39,815 nucleotides of DNA from Dimargaris cristalligena (lineage: Eukaryota). The notes beneath the pieces were generated by a model. The model was not told where the DNA came from and did not search any database. It was given only the letters and a program-made list of their open reading frames with translations. Positions 1 through 11,257 of the stretch are shown piece after piece; within the stretch, counting starts at the first letter, position 1; each line of letters begins with the position of its first letter. The stretch lies in the NCBI GenBank assembly GCA_003614675.1, contig ML002346.1, positions 1 through 39,815 of the forward strand, given 5' to 3'. A program made the translations under genes and the position numbers.

Positions 1-347
1 GAGGCTAGTTATTCCTAAGCCCCACTCATAAAGGATCATCAATAGTATAAAAGTAGTGATATGAAGTGGTCAATTGCTATGGGTTAAAATTACCTTTGAT
101 TTCAATGGCCTATAACTTTGTCAATAATAAATGGAAAAGTAAATGGAAGTATGATTTGGAAAGTTAAAGGAAAAGAGAACCAGCTAGCATAAAAAAATTT
201 AATAACACTGTCGGCCTCAGACTGTTCCCATGGAAATACCTCATCAATCATCTGGGGACCTTGAATCCATCCAAATTATGACCACTTTTTGGATTAGTAA
301 TGGGTACTGGTGCTTATGTGGCTTCTGCCCAACTGCCTATGGCAGCA

Positions 348-411
348 CATCTACCATTAGAAGCCTACCCCCGGGACTCTTAACAGACTAAGAATGGTTA
401 ACCTGGGTAAT
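348..411 (+). repeat. 64-bp dispersed repeat, copy A (inverted partner at 36631-36694)
   Basis: Ungapped manual alignment to the reverse complement of 36631-36694 gives 52/64 identities. Confidence 0.85.
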
Positions 412-1236
412 ACCTAACATCATCTAGTCATATATATACTCATTATATTCCTGCTAGGATGTGCCATGAGGGAACAATAACTCCTGACATTAATATACAA
501 TGTGAATTAAAGAAGCCCTGAATATACACTGCCTTATATGGTCTTTTTAGCAGGTTATATTTGATTCAATATTAAAGATAGTGCACTTCATTAGATAAAG
601 TTGGTGATCTCTAACTGGCAGTTGGGGTTGCATTACAGTAAGAAGAGACAGGTTTCTTCAAAGCCCCTGTGGAATCAAAACATAAGGGCACAATGCCCTG
701 GAGGAACTCAACCATGGAGTCGACATCCAGCTCACTTTACTATCTTGTGTTTTATTCTCAAAATCGGGGGTTTGAAATTAGTACATCTTCAACAAGAAAC
801 TACAGAGTGTATCTTAGCAATGTTTTCTCGAAAAAATATATTAGCACCTTAAGATCTAATGAGTCCTTGTAACCACAATTATATTACTGTGAAAGAAAGG
901 CCCAGATCTACCGCTTCTTTTTTCCAACAAGGTAAACAGATTATTCCGTTGGTCGGTAATAGACTGACCCACAGCCCGCACCGCTTCATGCCATGTATTC
1001 CCAATTGACTCACTCTATCCCCATCTCGAATTTCTGTCTATACTTAAGGCATATAGTTCTGTAGTCCACTATACTGCCCGGGACACTGACTGTCTCTGGT
1101 TTCCCTGCCTCGCCTAAAGCTATGTCTGTAGCTAAGCGGCCAGTCCCGCACTGTCCTTTCTTTAATCATATCTGCAATAGGTAAGTTAGTTGTTAAGTCA
1201 AAGACTATTTTTCAAGCAATAGTCTAGGACAGGCTC

Positions 1237-2779
1237 TCAAAATGGATTGGCGTCAGCCCACTCGTTCCATGCCGCCTTTAATTGATCCTTTACTTCGCCG
1301 GTGGGATCAAAGATATAATCAATAGACTTCAACGAGATATCAAACAATTCCCGTTCCGACAATTGTAATACCTGGGCAAGGCGCTCGTACTCGTGGGATA
1401 GGCTGCAGCAAAAGACGCCTTTATCATCGGTACAGGGCACAAAAGGGATGCCATCCCGCCGGAAGTCCTGTACGTAGTGGGTGTCGTAACTGGACACCAC
1501 TTTCGTAAGGATATTGGAGGTAAGACATACCTCCACCGGGATTTGCCGAGACCGTAGTAAAGTCCGGGCCTCCGCACTCAGAAACGTCGCGTGACCTAAC
1601 CGGGCAGGTGGGGAGTGATGGGGGTCCAGGAGAAGGAGGGGCTCTTCACGTAGGCCAGCGGCTATTTCACCTAGGTGGAGGGTCAAAGGTAGACCGGCGG
1701 CCTGGGCCCGACGGAGGGCCGGGAGAATGACGGACACGTCTCCGCGTTCGGGGTCGTGGCAAAGATCCACTCCAACGATGCCGCGGTCCCGATATTTGAG
1801 GGCCAGATCGACGGTTTCATTGGCGGCCGCTAAAGTATCCGTTCGGGAAACGCTTAAAATGAGCCGGGCGAGCAGGGGCCGGTTATCCCAGTGGTATTGA
1901 TCGAAAGTGTCGAGAATGGCCCTAATGTAGCTATCTTTGGTCATACCTACCCAACCCAATTATAGGGGTGTTTTTTTTTTATAGACAGGAAGAGCATTGG
2001 GATTAGACAAATTGTATTTCAATATAAAAAACCCCTAAGATAGAATACTAATCAAATGTATAAACCAATGTAGTGCTATACCGAGTTTGTTTGACTGTTA
2101 AATACAAGCACTCCACCCAAATCCCATTAGAATCTGACGTCCATCGGCAGGGAACTAAAGCAACCAAAACCATACCTGTGGTTTCCACAGCCCGGGGCGT
2201 AGTGCGAAGCTCGATATACCGGGTATTCTCGGCCTGGAAATCTTCTAGGATTGACCGAGTGGCGTACGCAACGGCGGATTCATCGTCGGTTAGCAAGTAT
2301 ATGTATTTGAACAGCGGGAAAAAACTGGCAATCGTGAAGGATTCGTGCGAGCAGTCGGTTCGAATAATCATATCGGCCAGTTCAGGGTGCTGAGCCAGTT
2401 TGCGTTGGCGCAACGTCTCCATAGTGGTGGGGCTCATAGAGCCATTAATGTGGGCGTGGAGTTCCTGTAGTTAGCAAAAACGAACCCGAAATAGACGGGT
2501 AAATTCTTAATGAAGATATTTTAGAGAGTTAGCAGCGCTATAGGATGCTAAGCTATTAATGTGCCAGGGAGCTGGAAGAAGCAAGGTGGGGGTGGGCTAA
2601 ACTAATCGGCAGGGACCCCGGGTATTGCGGTGTTATATTTCCGGGTGGAAGTAGAGGGGGTCAGTTGAGGTACAGTGCTCTTAAACAAGGAGTTTAGTAG
2701 ACTAAAAGCCTGGGGGTTCACCTACAACTTTCGGGAGGGCTTGGCAAAAGGCCGGTAGGTGTAGCGGTTGAACGGACAT
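1237..2779 (-). CDS. ADAL: Adenosine deaminase-like protein (ADAL / N6-methyl-AMP deaminase family), 3 exons: 2779-2726, 2464-2176, 1946-1237; ~350 aa
   Basis: Spliced product starts MSVQPLHLPAFCQALPKV|ELHAHINGS (LPKxELHAHxxGS metal motif) and contains YIELRTTPR, LHLGE, RLGHA, EVCLTSN and CTDDKGVF. Donors GTAGGT (2725) and GTATGG (2175) and acceptors CAG (2465) and TAG (1947) preserve frame. Confidence 0.9.
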
Positions 2780-3292
2780 GCTGGCGAATGGACTGAAAGA
2801 ATAGAGCGTAATTGTAGGTATTTTACTTGTAGTAGCTTGAAGATTAGAAGAGGTCGACAGTAGTGAAGTGTGTTCAACGGTAAAGGACTGCTGTAAATAG
2901 AATTTGCCGAGTCGGGACTTGAATGGTGCTTGGAAAAGGGAATGAATTATTGGCAACTGAGCCTGGCTGGCTCTAATATTTTATCAACGATTGGATATGA
3001 AGGTGCGAATGGTTTATACACTGTTGTTTAGCCAAGTCACCCCTGCATAATGGGCCACCCTTTTCCCGCCGTATTGGTGCACCTTTTAAATATCACCACT
3101 GATCACAGTTCGTCGCATATTCAATTAAGCAAGTTTAATATTCTAATCTGCGCTTGCCTAAAAATAATTGCAGATAATAGCGGCTCATGACATATAACAG
3201 AGCCACCTGCAAGAGATAAATACATATATAATTCATCAAGCAATATGCTATTATCTGGGATTACCAGACTAGTCCGACCTATTATCGGTTTT

Positions 3293-4459
3293 TTAGAAAA
3301 AGGAAGCCCCGTTAAGTAAAGATGTTATAATTCGCATGGTGTAAAATCTCAACTTAATACTTTTCTTGCTGGCTTCCGACTCTGCATCAGGTACATCCAT
3401 GGCGATAAATCGAGTGACCACTGGAATTTGCCTTTCCAGCCATATAAATCGCAAGTACCCGTTGAGCTCATCAGGCAGCAGGGGACAATAGACAATGCCA
3501 TATGTGATTTCCTGAACCGTTATACCATCATTAAAAAAGCTCATAACCAAGGTATCCCCTCTTTCCACCGCTCGGTCTATGTAGGCCTGCGTTTCTATCC
3601 GCATCTGGAGCAGATTATCTGATGTCAGTGGCCACTTGGCTTTCCCCTGGTGGTCAAAATACTCCCCGTCCGCTCGCACCCACTGGGCCGCTTCTTGGAA
3701 GGCGTCCTCAATGGGTACGTGGATTTTATGATTTACCCCGTGGAGTTTGAAGAGACTAACCAGGGCGGTGTGGATGCGGGATGGAATTTCAGGCATAATG
3801 GGTTGCGAAATGTCGACATTGGCAGCCAGATGCGGGGGATGCGCCTGTTGCTGGCTATTATCTACCGGGGGATGAGTCCGGGGATTCGGGTTCTCGGGTT
3901 CGCTGGACTTGACTGTATAATAGCTGGCTGTGGCAGATAGTCCGCTACTGGACTTACGTTTCTTTCTTTGATTTTTCGCTACAGGTGTCTGGGGCTTGGT
4001 CATCGGGCTTTTAGACGACGATGGGCCGAATTGGGAACCGAAACTTGGCGAATTAGTCATTGAGGGTACCCCGAATTGCGGGGATAGTTCGTTGGGAATG
4101 GGTTGCAAGTAATGGTACGGCGGTTGGGGGTTAGTATTAACGCCTGGCTTCTGGATAGTGACAGGGGGATACCATACGGTGGAGGGGCCCGGGGGAATAT
4201 GGGTATCTTTCAGCAGCCAGTCCCATTGCCCGTCGTCGTAAAATATCTCGGAGTCTAGGTAATTACTGGGGGGGTCTTTCTGCTGGACAATGTGGGAAGT
4301 GGAGTCGCCTTCCGAATACCCATGGCCCGGGGGTGGGTTGTCCGGCCTATCATAAACCTTGTGAGGGGTTTTTGATTTGGTTGAGTACCCTTTTGATCGG
4401 GCCGAATAGGACATACCCAGCCCGGTAATAAAGACAAGAAGAGTGGCCAAACGCATCAT
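3293..4459 (-). CDS. Predicted secreted protein, 388 aa: signal peptide, P/S/Q-rich linker with basic cluster, unknown C-terminal globular domain
   Basis: Intronless ORF. N-terminus MMRLATLLVFITGLGMSYSA has signal-peptide character, KNQRKKRK is internal, and the C-terminal ~160 aa aligns by eye with the 7743-8528 product. Confidence 0.8.
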   Translation of the reverse strand: MMRLATLLVFITGLGMSYSARSKGYSTKSKTPHKVYDRPDNPPPGHGYSEGDSTSHIVQQKDPPSNYLDSEIFYDDGQWDWLLKDTHIPPGPSTVWYPPVTIQKPGVNTNPQPPYHYLQPIPNELSPQFGVPSMTNSPSFGSQFGPSSSKSPMTKPQTPVAKNQRKKRKSSSGLSATASYYTVKSSEPENPNPRTHPPVDNSQQQAHPPHLAANVDISQPIMPEIPSRIHTALVSLFKLHGVNHKIHVPIEDAFQEAAQWVRADGEYFDHQGKAKWPLTSDNLLQMRIETQAYIDRAVERGDTLVMSFFNDGITVQEITYGIVYCPLLPDELNGYLRFIWLERQIPVVTRFIAMDVPDAESEASKKSIKLRFYTMRIITSLLNGASFF

Positions 4460-7400
4460 TTAAATAAACAAACCATCGGAAGAAAATACGCAAGAATGTG
4501 TAAATATATGTAGAAATGCGTCCCAGTCGGAGGAACTCGCTGGTAGTATGATATTGGTTCGATAAGATAGGTATAATGAATGGATTAATGGGCAAGCGAA
4601 GTTAAAGGAGAGGCTACTATGGTATACACCGGCACATACATACCTATGTGTAGGTGGGTCTATAGAATAGCTAACCGAAAATAAGGAAGTGTAGCAGTTA
4701 AAAATCAACTGGTGAACAATTGTCTAGGAAGTAGCAGGGCCTATATATCCTCAACAGATACATTGGAACAACGGAATGTCTCTTTCAGCGTGGTGTTGGC
4801 CAGCGTCGTGTATTTATTGTTGCGGCAAATGCCGGCGCCTGAGCTGAATTCGTGAGTTTGTGTAGAGTTCGCGGGCACCTGTACTGCAGACTGTAACACA
4901 TAGTAAATAGCGAGTAGCCGTTTAGCTCTTTTGCGAGTAGGCCAGGCTGCTTTGTCGTACGAATAATAGACAGAGTACCCATGGGCCCTCACTCCCCTCC
5001 CTCTCTTGCCTTCTATTTCCTAAAAAAAAAGGAACACTTTGCATACTCGCTTCATTCTTTCCCCAACGGAAAAAAATGCTAAGCGAAAAAGAAATAGCCG
5101 ACCCTTTTGATGCTGTGGACTTGGCTGTTACAGTATACCATATGTGGACGAGGTTCTACTTACGAGTGCCCACAATCGACACGCTGGGTTGGACTGATAG
5201 GACGCGATATGTAATACTAAAATGCTCACCATATTCACCTCCCCGTGTTCCTACAAATTTAAAGTGGCAACACGTTCAGTTGAGCATCCCCCATCCACTT
5301 TAGTTGCTTAGATGATCATCGACCGATTGTAGGGATGCGGGTGGAACTAACAGTAAATAATAGTATTCATAGTAGAACTTCTCTTTTATATCCCAGGTTT
5401 ACCGATTTAGCCGATTGGGCCAGGAGCCGTTCACTGCCTAACCAACGGGGGCGGCTTCATTGTGAGCGACCGGTAGCGTATTCCCCCACTGGTGGCCCCA
5501 GACAGCCACCCATAGTATGTGGGCGATTGTCCTCGCCCAGCAATTTTAATAGCAACGGGTAGTTTCCACCACGCCCATCTCTTAAATAAAGGGTGAATAT
5601 ATTACTGGTTGCCTTATTTAGGGCACTTGGCCACTCCACTGATTTGGCCAGCCAAAATATTCGGACTCCTAGGAAAAAGGCATAAACGAGGGGCAATAAG
5701 GACACCCGTATTGCGGCCAACGTAACCCAACCCTCGGTCAAATGTTAGTCATATCTAGGATCTCGGAGTATGAAATGCAATAAGGTAATTGCTCGATTCC
5801 TACATTACATTCTGCAATGGTATAAGTGTATTTATGCCCAGTGTCCACCGTTTCGGAGCCGTTTAGCGGCAAGCTGTATTGTTGCTATAAACTAGCAATA
5901 GATGGTTATTTTTAAATAAACACCGGGTAACTTTGTACTGGGTTTCTATGGTACTTGTCTATTTAATGATATTTACAAAATGGTCACTCAAGTAGATAGC
6001 CTAATTGAATGGCCCATCTGGGAAAAAATCGGGGGCAGGGGGCTAAGCGAATACCTAATTAGCGCTGGTCAACTATTATAGTATGTGGGTAGTGGGGATG
6101 GTAATCCAGCCTGGGTAACGGTGGCTAATATTCGACTTTGCAGGTTCTTCAAAAAGCAAAAGCCGGGGAGGAGGCAGGCTCTTAATTCCTGCTTGGTTAT
6201 ATAGGTACGGACCTTCGTTACCTACCCTGGGACTGGCTTCCCGGAACGCCTCTTAGGTGGGTGAAAATAACATATACTAGGTATCACAGCGTATGTTAAT
6301 TCGAATACTAACACCAACATTTATCTGCGGAGAATTCTTGGGAAGGTGTAATACCGAGCCTTAACCATTGACTGTTGGGTCTAGCCGCTACATTGTATGC
6401 TGCTGTTAGGGAAACTGGATCTGATTGTAACCTATTGGACATTGTGACGTATTGAAGATGTATTGCTTTAAAGGGTGGGCAAGATGGTTTAGTTGTGATT
6501 AAATGAAGGATGAGGCTCTTGATCAGGTTCTGATAGGGAGTAGAACCTTGGTGGTGGTAGTGTACTGGGGTAATATTCCGAGGGATGGTCTCACATCTTC
6601 AAGAAGAAATGGGTCGGATATGGGGTTATGACAGTGGATAAGGAAGAGGGGATGGTTTTGGTTAAGGAAAGCCCGGACGGAGTATTTGGGGGCGGCAAAA
6701 ATTATAGAGGAATCTACAGGAGAAAATAAGATCGATGTGGCCACCTTTGAAGTGAAAGCCGCCGTTAACCAGAAGGGCACCAATTCTTTAACTTCTGATA
6801 TAAATCTGATAAATCTCTATACTTGAGAATGGAGTCGAAGCATACCCTACTAAAATGGTTTAAAGGTAGTGATAACTGTTCATGGGTAGTCCAGGGACCA
6901 AGGTGTGCTTCCAAAATTGGGACTTCCCCACCCAAGTGTCAGTGCCAGTATTATCATTGACACCAATGACCTTGAAACACCACATTAGTCAAATAAACAA
7001 TGCCCATTTTCTACACATTACCCTAAGCACTAAATATTAACCAGAGCACAGCAGTTGTGGAAGGACGGGTGGCCAGCTTAATGAAAAAATGGGTATATAA
7101 TTAATATGATGGCTACCATTTTGTCATGCGGGCATTTGAAGGAGTGATCCGGGATATACTACGGGTATCGGACCTCTTCCGGTATAAAGAAGCCATGTAG
7201 CACATATATGCGGGATTACCATCCCCAAAAGTGATACACCGTAAGATTATCTGGAGAGTTGATACGCTGCAAACTTGACAAGTAGCCTATGCTAAATAAT
7301 AAAGGCCGCCAGGTCAATATACAATCCAGTAATTTGAGGACCATATGGGGGAGGTTCCATTTAGTGTCGTATGGCAAAAAATGCATGTAGTATAGCTAGT

Positions 7401-7742
7401 TTCCCTGTATAAATACGTGCGTTCTTCTGGCAGGTAATCGCCCTGGTACTTTACTTGTAGCAGTTTCAAATATTATCTTTATTAGGTTTTATACTTTTGT
7501 AGGTACTAAAATACACAGTCTTTTTGCCCGAGAATTTTGGTGACGGCCCAGCAACATAATATATAGTGGTCTATTTAGACTAGAATGTTGATGGCCTAAA
7601 GGCAACCACCCCCGGGTGTTAGGTGTATACTAAGGTGCTGCAGTTAACGATAGACAAGTCCGTGAGTCTCCAATATAGGGGCATAAAAAGAAGCACCAAA
7701 TAATGTAACATTCGTAGGAAAATTAAAAGCAATGTCTCGAAT

Positions 7743-8528
7743 TTAGCTTGGGCTCAAGTGAGTCTCCATATTCAGAACGGTCAAGAGGGCCCGCACTGCC
7801 ATTAGGTCAGTGGTGGTTACTTCCACCCCACGAATGAGAGAGCTAAATGGCAGGGCCTTCCATTGTCTTAGCAGACTGGTATTGAGTTGTGGAGTTAGCG
7901 CTGGATGGTAAGCTAAGTTACCGCGTATGGGGCCTGATTCGGAATCGACATAGGTGTAGAAAATACCACAATTGTTGGTTAGGGCGTGTTCTAAGCTATC
8001 CAAAATAACTTGTTGAGCCTCGGGCCTTTGGTACGGGCCGTAGGGATGGTATTTTACTTCGGGCTGGTCCTCTTTGAGCCAATTGAGCGCCTGGCCCAGC
8101 GCAATCTGAGCGCCATATATGGTTGAATCTATCTGAGTAAGCCCTTTGAGTTCGGATACCAGGGATTGTATGGTATCACTGGGATTGGAGGGTAATACAG
8201 GGGGGGCATTCACATCAAGCATAGCAATTCTCGCTAGAATAGCCTGCGGGGATGGGATGGTACTGGCGGTCGGATTGGTGTTATATGGGTTGGTGAATTG
8301 ATAGAAGCCGCCCTGGTCCTGGTCCGTGGAGGACGGATAATTGGAGGTATGGGACAAGATAGCAGGGTTCTGGATATGTGTCGAACTGGTTGACTGACCG
8401 TACATTTCCCAATCATTTTTAGAGGCTGTAGCTGCAGGGTCCATGTAATTATACGGAACTAGGTTATTGCTAGGAGCTCCAAGCACGAAACCTACCAGGA
8501 TTAGGCCCAACAAGCTTGGTCGAAGCAT
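7743..8528 (-). CDS. Predicted secreted protein, ~261 aa, diverged paralog of 3293-4459
   Basis: The ATG at 8528 gives MLRPSLLGLILVGFVLG-AP (signal peptide with G-AP cleavage), then a low-complexity linker and the shared C-terminal domain. The ORF track starts upstream at a non-ATG codon. Confidence 0.8.
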   Translation of the reverse strand: MLRPSLLGLILVGFVLGAPSNNLVPYNYMDPAATASKNDWEMYGQSTSSTHIQNPAILSHTSNYPSSTDQDQGGFYQFTNPYNTNPTASTIPSPQAILARIAMLDVNAPPVLPSNPSDTIQSLVSELKGLTQIDSTIYGAQIALGQALNWLKEDQPEVKYHPYGPYQRPEAQQVILDSLEHALTNNCGIFYTYVDSESGPIRGNLAYHPALTPQLNTSLLRQWKALPFSSLIRGVEVTTTDLMAVRALLTVLNMETHLSPS

Positions 8529-8654
8529 TGCAGTATTAAAAATCCCAGAGGTAAAGCGAAACTGTGGAATAAATAGGGTGGTCACGAAGTGGGGGTTACA
8601 ACAAGAGATGAGCGGGTTCTGTCGAGCAGGTAAGGGTGAGGGATACTATGGAGC

Positions 8655-8715
8655 GCCGGCGGTGGTTTTATATAAACCTAGGCAGAAAAGTGTAGTGCCG
8701 CTGGTTTATATAAAC
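8655..8715 (-). promoter_or_regulatory. Duplicated TATA-like element upstream of the secreted-protein gene
   Basis: Two near-identical units, GCCGGCGGTGGTTTTATATAAAC and GCCGCTGGTTTATATAAAC, lie ~130-190 nt upstream of the ATG at 8528. Confidence 0.4.
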
Positions 8716-10073
8716 GACGGGACCCTCCCCCCCTATGAACTGGGGGAACTAGAGCGTTGAATTCATCCAATGAGCAATGCCCAATATTACCCTGGAGTGG
8801 CATGCAATTCCCAAATGCGGAGGGACTGCCGTTAAACAAGGATGTATTAACGACGGTTGAGTAAACCAATATAAGCCACGGAGGCTCCCATGGGTTGTGC
8901 AATGATATCAAGGTCAGGGATTGATACTTAGCGGCCGGTTGCACGAAGTTTTGGACGTTGGGTTGAGCGGGTTAGAGGGTAGCGAAGTGTCCTAGTGGTA
9001 AAGGTGACGCAGATACAGTGTTAATGTCGAAGCCATGGGCGATATAATTGGCCTTCGTTACCCCCTCCCCCTTTGTTTTTCACCACCGCATGTATCCTCC
9101 CCCTCTCCTCGGACCCACTCTTCGTTTCAATCGAAAACACGTCCCTTTGGGCGACCTACAATTGAGGATACTAGAAAGGGTAGAAAATTCACCTTTGGCA
9201 TTCATAACCACCCCCGCCCAATAAAAATGAAATCAAGCTAGCCTATTGTAGAGAATCCGCCCAATTCAGGGTGAGGTTCCTAATGGCCCGGGACTTCACC
9301 TCGAAGCGGCGGGGATGGCGAATACCTCGGATACGAGGTTGTATTAGCTAGTTATATTCCCTGCGCCAGCTCGGTATTTGCCGCTGCTGCTGTATCGAGC
9401 GGAGCAATCGAGGGTAGGTTCAAGCCAAGACATGCCATGAATAATATATGAAGTCGCAGGGGTAATATCCCACAACCGTTTTGCGGCTAACACGAAGTTG
9501 GCGCGCTTAATTATCGCTGGCAAGAGAAAAGGGATTATGGAGAGTCCTAAGAGGGTGTAACAATAGCGGTCGAAAATGTTCGTCTCTTCTCGCTTTGATG
9601 GGGTATAGCATGATGGACAACATGCTTTACCTGTGGACCTTTTACGCCAGTTGCTGGCTGCACCCATTAAGCGGGGGGAGGGGGATAAGTTGGTTGGTTA
9701 GTTAGTTAGGTAGGTAGATGTCGTAAATAGAGATAGTACAGATATACACATTGTGCTGGCATTCTACCATTAGTCCTACACAGAGAAATACCTCCTCCCA
9801 CCACCACTACAATAATTTACCCTAACCCCACGTTACATATTCGAACTAGTAGAAGAGAAGGAATTCACACTTCCCTTCGGTGAATCTCTCCCCCTTTCCC
9901 TCTTGCCTTCCTTCCGAATCCCCTCCCCCCCTCTCTTCAATATACCAACTAGCCGTCCCGCTTTTCCCCTGCGACATCCGTCTCTTTTTGGTACACCCCT
10001 GCCCTATTTTCCACAGCCTATTCCCGCTTTCTATACGACGGTAGCTGTTAGTGGGGCCTATACGCATATAACC

Positions 10074-11257
10074 ATGGGCTCACCATCCCAGCCGGCGGAT
10101 TCCGTCGAGATACGGGCCACTTCACCCCAGGCAAGGCCCTCCGCAGTGGACCTGGCTGCTTCGGAGGGCCTGGTTTTGGAGGGTCCGCCCAAATACGTTA
10201 CCAAGTCCCAGTACCTGCGGGTGAACGAAAGTCTGGCGCTCAAGGTGCTTAGTTACACCAAGCCGGACCACGCCAGTTGGCTCACCGACCTGACCTTTCA
10301 GGTGAGTGACAATATTTTTCGTAGGCGGTGCCTAGGCCTAATAGTATAGATACGCCTGTTCCGTACCTAGTTGCCCTTCCCCATGTGCGTCGGGCCCGCC
10401 AGTTGGTCGGCGGTCTAGGCACCTGGTGAAGGCGGCTATGGTTGGACTCGGTAGAGTTGTACTGGCGGGACTATTCTTGATAGGCCACAGCCTGTACGTA
10501 TGCTCTTTTGCCCCCGCCGTTTATAAAAACCACACCAAGTTATCAGTGCCGGAAATCGGCTGATACAGTGTGTGGAGGGGGGAGTTCTCCCACCCCAGTG
10601 CTAAACTCCGTATTGATAACCCGCCCCTCCTAATTGCAACTTATATACCTGCGTATTCAGAAAATCCTCGCCTTTCTAAAGCCCCGCCTGTTTCGTAAAA
10701 TACTGGCATTTGCGGCTACAGACAAGCCCGTTGCTTTGGAAAACTATCGATGTAGTAAGTTGAACTTTGCGGACCTTGCTCTACATATCCATGTAATACC
10801 CGGGTGCATCTATGGTTCAGGCACTCTCCCGCCCATCTGCTACGCCCATGGCCCACGGTGATGTTGATATTACTCCTTCTGCATCATGGGGGAGTCTCTA
10901 TGCGACTTTATTTTCCCCACCCTTCTCACTTTTTACACCCGAACTAACTCGATTCGCGACCTTGATTCCCCCATATCCCTTATTCAAATAGAGGATTTCC
11001 AAATCGCCTACGGACTGACCCGGGTGCCAGATACGGGGGCGTTTTGCATGATCCAGGACCCCCCCATAAAGACCGAAGTACCTATCAAGGGGGCTTCGTC
11101 TGCCTCTTGCCACTACACTGGCCTGTGCCTGATCCCTGCCCAATTGATCATCTTCTCCGAGCCCTATGATGCCCACAATCCGCTGTCAGTGCCTAATATA
11201 CTTGGTCTGAGCCAGAAAGAGAGCACTAGTCTGGACCAATATCTGCAGTACGCCTAA
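10074..11257 (+). CDS. Hypothetical protein, 3 exons (10074-10301, 10661-10754, 10992-11257), ~195 aa; weak SLX4IP/UPF0492-like resemblance
   Basis: Donors GTGAGT (10302) and GTAAGT (10755), acceptors CAG (10660) and TAG (10991, branch ACTAAC near 10943). These join three ORF-track fragments in frame: ...HASWLTDLTFQ|KILAFLKPRLFRKI...NYRC|KDFQIAYGL... Confidence 0.7.

Noticed and set aside
601-890. Short ORFs and a stop-riddled minus-strand frame in the left AT-rich flank
   Set aside because: Probably transposon relic, but there is no identifiable motif to support a call.
6523-7130. Possible degenerate coding/TE fragment or third secreted paralog between the two secreted genes
   Set aside because: No signal peptide, none of the shared motif blocks and no recognisable TE motif in the frames I read.
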